Below, piece by piece: positions 27,503 to 40,998 of a DNA stretch of 64,000 bases; the stretch's first letter is position 1, and every line of letters begins with the position of its first letter. The position numbers and the translations under genes were made by a program. The DNA lies in NCBI GenBank assembly GCA_963924565.1, contig OZ004610.1, positions 9,114,001-9,178,000 on the forward strand, written 5' to 3'. Source of the DNA: Ascidiella aspersa (lineage: Eukaryota). The notes beneath the pieces were generated by a model. That model did no database searches. It was not told the origin of the DNA and saw only the letters and a program-made list of their open reading frames with translations.

Positions 27503-28542
27503 ATGGCATCGTCCGCGTCTTCGCTTCGCAACAACAGTTCGCTCTTCTTCGAGCCGACCAGCTCCCCTCCGCCGAAGAGAACACCCCCGGACAGTCTCTC
27601 CACCGACTCGGGCTTCGCGACAGAGCACGCGTTCACGACCTGCTACGAGAACCCGTGGACCCCTCGCTTCGCCCCAACGCGCCGACCGCGCGCTGCAACG
27701 GCCTTGTGTAACCGACCCAGGACGCCGTTCAAGGTCAGGTTGCTGGACTCTGCCGAGCACAGGGTGTACCCCATCTTCGACGACCCTCCGCCGCCTGGGA
27801 CCTCCTTGCCTGCCGAGGTAGCGAGCCTGGATTCCAACCATATACCCGTGAGCAGAAGCTTCTCGAACGACGCCAACGAGCGCAAGTCACCTGGACGCCG
27901 CCGCTCCACGCTTCGTCCACTCTCGATGATGGCTGCCACCGACGACCTGGATCTTCAACTTGAACTGGAGCGGCCTCCGAGCGCCGGTAAAACGCGCGAC
28001 TCTTCAGTGGTGATCGCGCGCAAACCATCGGCAGCTTTGGTTGAGCCAACTTTAAGCTTTGCCGGAGTGGAGCCTTCGCTTGATGAAGCAGCGGCAGACG
28101 ACGCGTCCCAATGGCTGCAGGAAATCGAGCAGACCACACCCGCCGTTGTGATGCGCGTAAAGAAAGACTCGCCCGAGCAGACTTCCGAGAAAAAGTCACG
28201 CCGCAGATCGCTTCCCTCCATGTTCGGTCTCAAGCGCAACTCGCTCTCCGGCCTGGCCCTCTTCCGGAACGTTTTCGGCGCCGCGCGTTCTCATAGCAAC
28301 GAGCTGGACGAGGACATGGCCAAGACGCCGCCGACCGAGGCGCCAGTTAAGCCGAACGATTACGCGCGTCGTCAATCTTTGCCCGACGGACGCTTCGCGG
28401 ACGCGTTGCTAGGCAAGGCCTCTTCCGGAGGACGCAAATCGCGGAAGATTTCCTCCGCCTCTTCCCTCTCATCCAACTCCTCTTCGTCTTCTTTCGGGAG
28501 CAGATGGCGTCCGACCCAGCGTCGGAAAGAGAGAAAGCAAAG
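27503..28542 (+). CDS. Large alternative first coding exon (346 aa, Ser/Pro/Arg-rich, probably disordered)
   Basis: Longest ORF in the window, with codon usage like the GAP exons. It ends at a strong AG|GTAAGG donor just before its stop, in phase 2, so it joins in frame to 40966 or 53871. Confidence 0.82.
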
Positions 28543-31500
28543 GTAAGGCTGGTTATTTGAAAGACAGCCGCATCCTGCGTATAGGTTTTCATACCGACAT
28601 GGCTTTTTTGTTGCTGCTAAAAATCAACACTTTCCACGTTGAACGTCAAAGGCGTTAAAGTTCAGGTTAAAGTAAACGTAAAACTGTTCAGGTTTTTGTA
28701 AATATAAACTGTTCAGGATAAGGTAAAGACAATTTTTTTGCAGTAAAATGTAGTTGGATTCTTAACGTGAATACCCATTTTTAACGTGAACACCCTTGAG
28801 AATGATATGTGTTGTCGCTATTCTGCTACTCGCCATTTCTACTTTTCTCCTACTTTGTCGCCTAAATATGCGCTGTTTATCACTTGAAAAGTCGTTTTCG
28901 TCAAAACTGGTGTTTTCAACTCGAAATCGCACCCCGCCGAGCAAATCACACGTGGTTTGCGAAGTGGCGATAGCTTCAATTAAAGGATTATCTTCACGGC
29001 CAGTCTGAATAGTCGCGGTTTGTTTTAATTCAGCTGTGCCATTTGGAACCTCGACACCGATCGGGTTTATTTTCGACGCCGACCGTAATTAACTGGCCTG
29101 TCACTTCACTATTTTGGTAGGTGACATCAGAAATAGTGCTGGTCGTGAAATGGCGCTTTTCCAATTGATTTCTTTAAGTGGTGCTGGAGCCGGAAGTGTG
29201 ACAAACGATTGAAAACCGATCACTCATTTGAATTTTGTGGCTGCGCGAATAACGCGTCACCACGTGTCGGACAGTTTTATTTTTGATGTCCGCCAGGTGG
29301 TGCTAGATATCACGTTTAAATTCGAAATATGAACTGGTCTACAGTTTGCGCTTTCACTGCAAAAACAAAGCGACGTTTTTAACTGGCCTTCGTATTTATA
29401 AATTTGCTAATTTTATTCAGGGTTGTTGCAATATAATTAAACGAGACGCGAAAATCCAAAATACGCAGCATTAAAAAGTGACAATTATAAATGCCAGAGA
29501 AAATAACAAGTGGGTTGGATTTGAATAGTTTTTAAAATAAATTTCAATATTAGCATTCGTTTATCCTGTCCGGCGAACTTTAACGAGAGCACAAACATCA
29601 GGCAAGCGCAATATATCCCAGTTAGCGGCAGTCAGCTGTCTTTTCATCATCGGCGAGTGACGTAGTTTGCGCTATGGCGTCGGCGCCGTCACCTCGGGGG
29701 CAGGGACTTGAAACGGCGCCGCCCGACCCGGCCCGAGTGCCCCCCGGGCGTCAATCACCGTCCCCGCTTCTTATTGGCTCGGGTGTCAAATCGGGTCGGC
29801 ACATAATCGACTGCGTCTTACTCGGACAGATGTTGTTTTAGCCGGGTCGCAAACCAACGACGGTCACCTCTCTTGTGCATATGAAGACGTTTGTTGCGCA
29901 ATTCGCCCAAAGCCGTGTTTACTTTGCACCCGGTAAGCCCCTATTTGTAGGGTTGCCGGTAAATGTGCTATGCTGGCTGGAAGGATTTCCTGACGTCGCT
30001 GGTTTCCTTGTTGCCACCTTTTGGCATAATCGCGTAATTGCGGTTATTTTTGTACACAGCCGTATAGTGCCTTGACAAACAGACTGTTTACCTAAACTAA
30101 ATTTAGCTGAAATAAAAATGATTTTCCATACATTTCATGTTTTTTTTTTATATATTGTGAGCTTTCCATTGTACTACGAGTTTTCGGTGTCATTCACCCC
30201 GACGAAGGCGACTTGCATAGGTTGCCGAAACGTTGTTTAAAAATTACAATTACCAGAGTAGCAGTTTTGATTAATATTACTATGCCTGTTAGGAACAGTG
30301 AATGTAAACGATTTGATGTAAATAATAAAAGCGCGCTGAGAAGTTACGGTGCAGTCATAAGGTGGTATGAGGTTTCCCAACGAGAGCGAAAACATTTTCT
30401 TACGTCATCGTGACGTCATGCAGTTGCTGCGGTCACTCGAATGTTTCTATTGTGCAAACTTAGATCTATCAATCTAAAATTCCCAGCGTTACGCAGCACA
30501 GCTATTTCGTGCGCAGCGAAACGCGCACTTTTGTCACGATTTAACTTGCGCTGCATAAATGTTCGATTGTTGGCTTATTGCGATAGTTTGGCACGGCTGC
30601 TTGGCGTATTGTGTTTCTAAGAGCAAACGCAATTGGCTGCTGTCAATACGACAATATACATGATTGTTTATGGTTCGACAGCTGGAATAACACGTACTTG
30701 ACGTAGTTAATTGACAGCTGATTTGCAGTTATAGGCGCTCTACAATCCATTTTATTCGCTCGTATAGGTCCGATTAATTGGGATCAGACAAAGATCGCTA
30801 AGAGAAGAAGACAAACGCTGTTCGATATACCCGAGTGCTGAGTGTAATAGTGGGCTTGCCCCTGTTCTGAAAACATTTCGTTATTGTTTGACACGATGGT
30901 AGTTAATTATAAACAATTCCAACACATGTTGTAATGCTATTTTAATGATCCCTTATCTGTCATCTTCTTGCTACTTTTTACATTTGTCTAATACCGCCAC
31001 AATCAATTTACTTTTTAATTCCGGGTAAAGTTGTATAAATTTTAAACAGTTGAATCCTATTTTTGGCGAGGAGTTCCTACTCTTAAAAAAGAAAAGCAAC
31101 AACAACAAAAACATCCTGAGACAGTTTATCTTGGGGAGCGGAAATCGAAACGCTGATTAGGCGTCCTGCCCGCGCTGGTACATTCGTTTCATCAATGTCT
31201 TGTATAAAGAGATAGATCTCCTTGCAAATCACGTTGCAAACCTTGTCGAATCGCGCGGAAATCCTGCAGGATTTACTGGATGAGACGTTTAAGCCTCTTT
31301 TGAGAATACATCAGACGTCAACCAGCGGCCTAATACACCGGACGCTATTATGCAAAAAGTACATTTGTGGTTTCACACCTTTGACAATTAACAGGATTAT
31401 GATAACTTTGGAGGCGATTCGGACAACACGAATTTCGTTTTGGTTTTAGTATGATGGTAATGTCATATTTAATACGCGGAATTGTAAAGGCTTTCACCAG

Positions 31501-34500
31501 CGAAAGCCTTCCCGTCCATTTCCCAAGACGAATAAGCGCACCTTATGTAATACTAACAATCCCGCGTACACAACAGGCGGGCGCGGTCGGCCCTAAACAC
31601 ATTACGTTTCCGGCCCTGACCCCGGCATAAGCGCCGATCAAACGCACCCGGGTCATCGGGCAACGACGCTGTCGGCTCTTGTTAAAGATAATTCGTGGCA
31701 ATATGTGCGATTTTCCGTGACACTCGATCCAATCGCTCGCCTTGAATGGCTTGAGAAACTGCGTCCACGCGAAGGGCTGTATTCGACTGTACACAACTGT
31801 ATAATGCGCGACAGAACGGATTTATTGCTTGAGTTGATTAACGATTTGTATCTGAATTGGTTTAGGAGTTATGCTAGAACCGAGTTAGGTGCTTCAGCTA
31901 CCGTACAACAGTTGCCATTTTAAGTTTGCCCTTTAATCTGATACTGTGGAAAGGTTGAAAACATGTTGGAAAATTGCTGGATTTGTGTTGTTCGAGGAAA
32001 TGGCAGGTTTTGGTGTGTGTGAGTGACTCATGCGTGAAGGCCGTTTTAAAGACGCGCAAACCGCAACTGTATATTTTTATTTCGTGCACGACAAATCCAA
32101 ATCGATCTCCCCCTATAAGCCAAAAATTGGATATCCCGAAGCTTGGGTGCAAATCGTCGCTTTATAGACGACACGATAGTTCTTGGTCGTTATTATCTTC
32201 ATTGGGTAACAAAGGAATAGGCAGAGTTTAATTAAATAGTTGGTTCAACGACCAAAGTCGACCGTGTCAAGTTATATTGCGGGATGTTTGACTCAAAATA
32301 TGCAAGTTTCGTGCACGATTGCACTGGAGATGTGTCGAAATTGTGGCGAGGGTATTTAACGTTGAACACGATCGAGGCAATCTGCCGGTTTCGGACTGGC
32401 GACCTGCACTGTCATTTGCGGAACAAGTGCCATCTAGGTTTAGGTTTAAATCGAGTCGTGAGTCGTTAGCGCTAAGTTTAGCAAACCAATTATATTATAT
32501 TTGGGCGAAGACACAACATTTAATCAGTCGCGAACTTTGGCACTGTTAATGATGCTGTCGCGTATCCAGCGTTTTGGCAATCTGCCAGAGTTCGCCATTT
32601 CACGAGATTGAGTGCGAAATGTGGTTTAAATGCAAAAAAGGTCGAAATTGCCAGTTTAAGCTTTCTGTTTGCCAGAAATTAAATTTACTTGGACAAACAA
32701 TGCCAGAATATAAACTAGATTGCAGATTGTACACAAGAAGTTAAGTTATTTCTTTAAAATTAAACAAAATAAATTAAATTAAGAATTAAATGAATTCGCT
32801 CAAAAGACACGCGTAGTCTTCCAACAGGAGTAAAAACAACGAGCGCCAAGCAAAAAGATTTCCTGTTATTACGTCACAATGGTAGCGTGTGACCAGGTGC
32901 GTGTTTTGAATCCGGAGCGCCGCTGTTTGCGCAACATTGCCAGCCGATCGGCTCCGTGTCGTCGCAGCTACACCAGTCGGGTCAGCAGGCACTTAAGGGA
33001 AACGACTAATGTCGTGATGCAACTGGCAAGGGACGATGAGTTTGCCACGTGATGTCCGTGATTTGAACTAGGGTCGTGAGAACTCGATTGCGGGGAGAAA
33101 TGCTGGAACTAGCTTGTAATATCTTGTGCAGGGCATGCTGCCTTATTTGGACAGGAATGTTGACTGGGCTAAAGGACAGGGCCTATCTGCTTTTTCGTGT
33201 TTTCGTGTTTCCTTTAACAAGCAATGTTAGTCGAACCTGTGCAAACATATATTCTATGCCGTATGCTACGTTTGTGATGTCGTACCCGGAAAGGGTTGAG
33301 CTGACTAAAAGCCAAACACATTTGTATGTTGCTACTGAATGTAGTCATAAGCGTTTAGATCATTGGTTCATTTTTAGTGGCGTTATTCCTAAAGGCAAAT
33401 TTCGTGGATTGCAATTACTCCTTTTAAAAATATGTTCAACTTGGGTTCTACAATAAGAATGACTTCAAATTTTGCCGTACGTTCAAGGATTAAAATGTTT
33501 AACATCCGATGGGCTTATACTATCTTTTGTCATTTAGCATCTGAAGATTGCATCTCATATCATTGTCAAAATGGCCTCCTACACATTGTTAAGTTCCATC
33601 TTAGAAGGCGGTTACCAAAAGGTTAAGTAAGACCGGTTTGGATCTTTGCTTTGGCTTAAAACCGCATAAATCGCTCACTCGCCGCGTTCTGATAAAAATG
33701 ACCGCGATAGTTAACTGCGCTCCCGTTGAATCGATAAGGACGTGGATTTCCTTCGACGAAAAAATTTGTTTTCAACACGTAATCGTGGAAAAACTCCTGT
33801 TTTGCTGAGATATATGCCCCACACGTCACCTTGTAATTGTCAATTGACCGAGTGGGCGACCGAATCAGACTTGCGCGTTCCACATAAAGCAACCCAAGCG
33901 ATTTGCTTTGAAAGAGGATGTTGACAATTGCTGAGGGACCGGTCGCCTCCCCAGGGTATGAGCTTCCGCACGAAAACAAAATCCAAGAATATGATTCGCT
34001 TGTAGAGCGATGTCTAAACGTTTGGAGCAGTTGTTCGAACGTTTTTGCGTTTATTTATACCGTACGCCTAGTTTCGTTTCAGCAGGTCGTTTCTTCTGTT
34101 TCATCAGCCGCTAAACCTCTTTTTGCCGACTCACCTTTGACGGGTTTCCTGGCTGATTGTTTCATGACGAAAGCTGCGCTCTTAGCGCGTCTTCAGGAAT
34201 TACGTGTTTAGAGCGGCTTCTATATCTGACTTCATAGACGGGCGACCCGCTGTCTATACAGTCTCACGGAAACGCGGCTTTTCACGTCACGTCAGTGATG
34301 TCGTCGTCACCAGTAGTCACAAGGATCGTTTGTGACGTCATAAGGGTGTCGATTGCTGACGGCGATTTGTTGTTGCAATATAAGTTTGAAAGTTTTTCAT
34401 TATTCAAGAGAGTTACAGTAGCAAACTTAGTGGTAGGGCGGGTTGCTTGCCAGTTATTTTTATTTTATTTTTAAAGTACAAGTTTTAATTCGTTTTGAGT

Positions 34501-37500
34501 CATCTTGTTTTGATCAGATTCCCTGTAGTAAACGCTACACAGCTTGACCCTTACGGCGAACTTAGTAAAGAAATATTGTGGGAAAGTAACATCGCCCGGC
34601 TTCCTGTGTTTGTCAACACCGCTTCCCCCCTACCAGTACGGTGTTGCGGTTTGATTAATACGGCCGCGAGCTTGGCTGGCGAAACAGCGCTGCTTCTGTC
34701 TTCAAGATTGATTTCCCAGGCTGTTCTGGTTTCTGTTCAAATACCAGCTTTGCCCAGCGTCTTGTCGTTGCCGGTGCGTCGCTTGTTTGACCGGGCGCTT
34801 AACATCTGTTTCCGCAAGCTTTGCGCAAATAGCAGCGCGATCCAGTATACTATACAGGGAAAGTCGGAAAGCTGCTAACTGTTTAACTTCGCGAAATGTC
34901 GTTTGTGTATCGCAGGTAGGAATTGTGGAATCGTTGTCGACCGATCTGTTTAAAAAGCCAATTTTAGTATTTTTTTGTGGAAAATCGTGTAAAACGCCCT
35001 TGGCTAATCTGAGTGCCTGGAAAAAAAGTTATATACCGTATGCGTCGTTGGTCTGTCAGATATTTGTCTTCGTACCTGGTTCTAGTGTTATTTATGAGAT
35101 TGTCATTCTCCCATTAAAGTGCGTAAATTTCATCTCTTTTTCTGCAATTTTAGAACATTGCCTAATTTGCAAAATACCGCTTGGTGTTAACTGTTAAGTG
35201 ATATGTTATTTTGCATGGAAAATCCCGCACCATATTTGCTTTAAGGAGATAATTGAAATCTAGAACCTATTTTGGAGAAATTTACTAACCCAGGGAATGA
35301 CATTATACGTTACGAAAAGCTTTTGATGTCTGTATTTGGCCTTGAGCGGAGTAACTCTTATTAAGTCCCTATGTTGTCAATTTCGCGCAAATCGCCTTCA
35401 CGTGTTCTGCTGTGACTCATGCAGTTAATCAGGCCAGCCTCATTTTCTCCATCATGTTTAACCGAATTCAATTTTTTTGACCCAAATATGATCACTTGAA
35501 AAAAAAATCGAATGGCACTCGGCAGAAATCACGCTTAATTGTTGTTTATCAGCTTCAGCTGCGCGATGGGTACTCCAAGGCTCTCGTTGTAACAGCAGAA
35601 AGTTTAGTCAAGTGCACACCTGCCTTCAGGTTGTGGTAGTACGTGGGCTGAGGAGAAAAATCAGATCTCGCTATGAGTCAGTCTCCCTCGGCTTCGCTTA
35701 ATTACGCGACGCCTACAAGCCGATTACGGTAAATAACCGTGTACCGATGCTTATCGCGTCGGCTGGAAATTTTTGCGTGCCACAAAAGTTTCACGGCGAT
35801 ATTTCTCCTTCGCTATACCTTGTCCCGAGCTAAACCGCGCTAGAGGTGAGGCAAAGTTTTCGCGGGCGCCCGTTGCTATCGCTGCAAATTTCCGACGCCC
35901 TTTCTGTCAACAGCAACCGTTTCTCAATTTAACGCTGAACAGTGTCCAGCGAGTCGAAACACCGCAGCGCTTAAGACAAAAGTTTGTTAACTTTTAAAAT
36001 GCAAAACTGCATGCAAACGGCGGCTGGTATGAGACCTTGGTTAGGACCTGAGTGTCGCCAACTAATTAGTATTGTTAACACTGTCGATTGTCTAGTCACC
36101 AATTGGCTGTTTGATCGTGGCGAAATGAGAGCAGTGTTAATCAGCAGATCACGTGCTTACCAGTTGGCCTTGCTGCCGCGATGCTCACCCATGCGTGTAA
36201 GACTGGTTTCAATTACTAAGACCGGACGGAGTGCGAATTACTTGTGGCATGCTGTCTGTCTCAGCGCCTCGCCTCGTGTTGTACTGGTTCTGGCAGCTTT
36301 TCTCGCCTTGTGTTTTATTTGGAATTCGAGTTGTTAGTTTTTAAGATGTGGTGTAGTGCGAATTAGGCTGTTGTGAAATTCGTGAGCTCGTACGAAGGCC
36401 AAGAGATTTCAAAACAAAGACGAAACCGAATTAGCTTTATATTCAAGTATACCGTAGGTACCACAACTCAATCAAGTAAGAATGTAACATCTATCATTAG
36501 AAAAAAATATTTTCGAAGACGAACTGATAGTGTTTAAATAAAGTTGGGTGATCGTATATAGTAGAGTATAGGCACTTTGATAGATTATATAAATAAAAAA
36601 AACAGCTCCTCTGGTAATTGTAATTACAAGATGAACTGTTTTTTTATTTATATTATCATGCCTGCTAGCAACAGTTTATATTTTGATAGATTGGTTCACG
36701 AACTCCGTGAAATTTGCTGCAAAGTGTTGACAAGGTTAAAAGTGCGCGTGCGAATTATATATAAGCAGTGGATAAGTCACGTTATACGTGGAGGCCGTAT
36801 AGGGCGGTTATACCGCTCTTAACGTGTTATCTGATAGTTTAAGCACCCTGAACTAATTTAGGTCGTAAAAATCGCGTAAAAGGCGTGCAGTCGATTAAGC
36901 GAGGCTTTATATGTCAAGATACATTTTATTGCTTTGCCGCTTGTTTTCCCCGAAATATATGCACACGATGCTACTTATTTATCAGGTTAGGTAACGTTTT
37001 GCTAAGTCGGTAGTGCGTTAACATGAACAGCATAATAAAAATATCGTACGCCCGAAAAGCACGGCGCCATTTGGTTTCAGACTCAGTCAACACCGTTAAT
37101 TAACGCCAGTCAGTTTTCTGGACGAAACTGTAACGCAAGCTGTCGGACTGGTAATGATTTATTCACTAAAAAGTCCAGTCGTGTCTAAGCGAAACGGCGC
37201 CCTATAGCAATCGGCCGCGTAACAAGGCGATTGATAAAAAGTCGCCGCCAGGTTTTAACATGTTTCACACCACTACGTATGCGACCAGAGGCGTGTTAAA
37301 CGATTTTTCGTATTCACCAGCAGAGCTGTCAATTTAAGCCAAGCTTGTGCTTCGTGCGTGAGTGTGCCTTTGTCAAATTAAGCCGAAATATTGACGGCGT
37401 CGTGACCGCGTGGTGAAAACAGCAATCTGTCTTCTCATAGACTCATAGAGCCATCGCTACAGCCGGTATTATTCTGTTCGTCAAATAAACAGTGGCTTCC

Positions 37501-40500
37501 TGTAGAGTAGGCCCTGTGGCATTGCGGGTTGTTTGCCCTTTCCGCTGACCGCAGCAGCGCGTATTCTGCTATCAACTCGCGTGTTTATTGTTCGTTCTTC
37601 TGCCTGGTATTTTTTCTGCTAGTCGTTCGAGCCGCAAAGACCACGGTTTTTGGAGGATTCCGGACGCCGTTTTATGCGTTTTTAATTTCGGCTTCTAGAC
37701 ATCGCGGCCATTAAGGTGGAGACGTTGATATCAATTTCGCAAAAAGAAGATATAGATTGCGTTCCTAGCATTCCTTTTTCGATGCCGTCAGCTCGTCAGA
37801 ATACCGACCGCCGAATTGTGTTGACCTGTCAAAAACGGATGTGTTCGTTAAAATTTAATTTCCACCGCTGACCACACAAGGAAAAGTGCCAAAAAGTTTA
37901 GCCTGACAGCTTCCGGTCGAGTTTTGCCGCTTTTGTGCAAAGTCGTGTGAACATAATGTTCACTAAAGAGGGGTGGAGTCTAGACTGTCGAGCTCAAATC
38001 AGCATCCGTCGAAACGTTTTGAACCTCGTCCTATTTTGGCTACTTTTGTAATGACACTGTCATGTTAAGCGTTTGGTGTGGACCGTTATCTAAGGGTAGT
38101 TTCTGTTGCTGTTATTTATAGCAGAAGTCAACCTCTGGTCATAGTAGGCGACGAAATGTTGATGACCTAACCCATTAAGGTGTACTTGGTGGTCGACAGA
38201 ATGGCGCAATCGTGGTTAGATTCAGTTTGAGAGTGTCAGCAAAACGCAATCTGTTGGTTGGCTTGTCGTCTCACGTTAACGCAGTCGAGATGCCCGGTAC
38301 GATTTACGCGGCGATGTATTATTTATGTATTCCAGGCGTTGCTTTACAGAGTATAGGGTAAATGGACAGACTAAGCAAGCGAATTTTCTGTACACATACA
38401 GTGGCCTTTCGCGGAAAGCTTTAAATACATCCTTTGCTTAGTTTTCCTATTTGAGAAACTAATCCCACTAATGATTCTGGTGTGTGTAGTTGCCATAATG
38501 TGTTTGTCTGGGTTTCGAAAGGCCTATTGCATTGTGTGTAGGAAATGTTGGAAAGTAATGCCTAGACTAGAGGTCGGGAATTTGCCATGTGGTTAGATCG
38601 AGCTCATGATTTAGGATAGAAGTCTTGAGAAACGTTTTTGCACCACTTGTGTGGAAACCCTGAATAATCCATTTGTCACGCGGTTGTACTTTGCGACACT
38701 GGAGCGAAATTTGTGTTGCGAGCTTTCACTTGTTATTGCCCTGGTCGCGTCACGAAACATGTGGCATTTGTTCCGGAAAGGCGGCGCGAATGGCACATCA
38801 CATTCAGGCAATATGCGCAAACATCGTTTTGTTCGCACGCTCGTTCCTGCAATTGGTGCAGGCACCTTGTGTCAATAGACACGCCCTCGAATCGCAAGAT
38901 AGCAAAAGTCAGCCGAGACGTCTGTAAGGTGGCTCATTAGATGTGATAATAGGCGCACAAAATATAAAACAGCCCTTTGGGTATGTTCGTTAATTAATAG
39001 GTTCGTTAATAGAGGAATGAGGTGGCACTATGTAAAGACAAATTATATTTTCGGGTGAAAACTTGTCGAGAATTCAAAACAGCTTGTCGAGAAATTCAAT
39101 ACGATGTGTCTTTACGTATAGTGTCACCTGATTCCTCTATTTAAAATGAGAAAGATACGGCCTTTTACAAAGAAAAGTTTGTTATTATTGTGTCTACAAG
39201 ACGGTAAAGGTTTTGTTGCAAATTTAACACAGCTTCAAATAAAAATGTGCGCCGTCGTGATATATTTTCTACAATGCGCCACGTCGCCATCATTTTTCGG
39301 ATTTATTGTGTTTATTGAAACGCCTCAACCACCGACGCAATATTAATGACGCATTTTCGTAAATGTGTCCCATTGGTCTTGGCTTGTGTATTTTCTCCAC
39401 ACGGTTGTTAAGTATCGCACACTTTTGTAGTGTTTTAACAACAGGATATTGCTTTAGTTCGTCGAAACCATTCAAAGTGCTGTTTTCTACTGTTTTCATG
39501 TGTTAAAAGCGTGAGTTGGGTTTATCTGATGACGCAAAATCTCTGTAAGCCGTAATGAAACACGCATTGAGATTGATCTAAATCCGACGTACGCATGTTT
39601 TGTTATATACAATAATAATGTTATGTGGTACATTTCGTTTACTGTCAGTCGATTTTATTCCAGTTTCAAGTCATTTGGGCAAACTCCCTTGCGCCGCACA
39701 GCGGATATGTTTTTTTGTATTTATAAGTCCTCTCTAGTGCAGCCAGGATTCAAAAATTTAGCGCGACTGTATAAGTATTTAAAGTGAGTAGAAATCGAAA
39801 TATCTAGATTAACCTCAAAGGGCTTAAGTCGTGATGTTTTGGTTTGTTAAAAAGACTTCCTTGCATTTTGGTCTTTCCGGCGTCTTATCATATGATTGCT
39901 GTCCAGTGCGACTTTTTGTAAACACGGCGATTCTGGAATGATATGTTCGTGTTTGTTACTCGGTTGCAAACAACACTATATTGGAAAATGTTGAGAAATT
40001 GAGCAAACTACTTACAGCAGGTGTTAAGCGCAGTAAACATTCGACGTTTGTACCCGGGCGACCTTTTCAAGCTGTGTCAAAGGGCATGATGCAATTGTCA
40101 ATTGAGATGCAATCGTTTATACCCAAACAAGGTCCAAGCAGTCGTCCCAGATTGCGCTTAAACCGGTCGATGATGAAATCACTCATCGAATGATTGGCGT
40201 CAATGCTCCTCGATCGTACCCGTCGCTACGGCAACCGTAAGCAATGCGCATGCGTGAGAGCGCGCGCGCACAATGCCGGTAAGCCGTTGCAAAAATAAAA
40301 GCTCGAAAAAAAACGGCGTTCGGGCTGAGGTAGTCGCCGGCGTGTTTTGACAGTCATTTTCTCTCCGTGCCCTAAACTCGGTGTTTTTCTTTTTTCCGTC
40401 TTGTTGTTTCGCAGCAGCGCCTGTTTATTTTCCTAAGTTGTTAGGCATTTGCACGCCTCTGTGGCTAACCTTTAATTCCCTTCATTGACGCGTTTGACGG

Positions 40501-40536
40501 ACAGCTGAATATCTTTCTCTCTTCATTCAAAGGCCT

Positions 40537-40567
40537 TATATAAAGCAACTGCTGCCGAATTTCAGTT
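40537..40567 (+). promoter_or_regulatory. Putative TATA + Initiator core promoter
   Basis: TATATAAAG at 40537 and TCAGTT at 40562-40567, about 30 nt before the ATG at 40594. Confidence 0.4.
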
Positions 40568-40593
40568 TCCGTCTATTCCTAATAAAAGAAACC

Positions 40594-40667
40594 ATGCCCG
40601 AAATGAAATGGTTTGATAATGTTCGGAGCCCGGCAGTCCTCCGACAGCGAAAAGCGCGGCCCGACAG
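40594..40667 (+). CDS. Candidate alternative first coding exon (MPEMKWFDNVRSPAVLRQRKARPD)
   Basis: accATG start, AG|GTAAGC donor in phase 2, 298 nt upstream of the LIM micro-exon acceptor, with TATA-like and Inr-like elements just upstream. Confidence 0.6.
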
Positions 40668-40965
40668 GTAAGCTTCCAAATCGGGGTAACTACAAAGTTT
40701 CCACATTTTCCATTCCACACAGACCATTGTCCGGTTTCACGTTAATTTTATCCCGCAATCGAAACGATTTACCCGGAAGGCGAAACTTCCGCAAAACTTT
40801 GCGGTTCCTATCTCGTAAGTGGGGATGAAAAAATGCCTTCCGACCAGAAAAGCCGCTCTTGTTTTCGCGTATAGGGAAAGCGCTAACGATATTATACTCG
40901 TATAAATGTTTTTTATTGATGTTAAGGCTGTGCAATTCTAACATTGTACTTGCCTTGTTTTTCAG

Positions 40966-40998
40966 ATGCGACGCACCGCTCACCCTCAAGACAGCCCG
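40966..40998 (+). CDS. RAP1GAP: LIM domain micro-exon 2 (33 nt)
   Basis: Acceptor tgccttgtttttcag, donor CG|GTAAGT, phase 2/2. Translates (K)CDAPLTLKTA(R) and supplies the sixth LIM ligand at exactly C-x2-C spacing. Confidence 0.85.

Noticed and set aside
27293-28592. Several long minus-strand ORFs overlapping the 27503 exon
   Set aside because: Antisense shadows of a GC-rich coding exon, with no independent motifs or splice signals.
29674-29938. GC-rich island with ATG (MASAPSPRG...) and a GTAAGC donor near 29932
   Set aside because: The ORF stops before the donor, and the nearer ATG gives phase 1, which fits no downstream acceptor. It may be regulatory but could not be supported.
9196-40278. 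Other tiny ATG-to-GTAAG phase-2 candidates (about 9196-9230 MSVCLGGVQGE, 18377-18390 MTPA, 40244-40278 MRMRESARAQC)
   Set aside because: Phase agreement alone has about a one-in-three chance, and these lack supporting start context, promoter elements or codon bias. They are worth checking only if RNA data exist.
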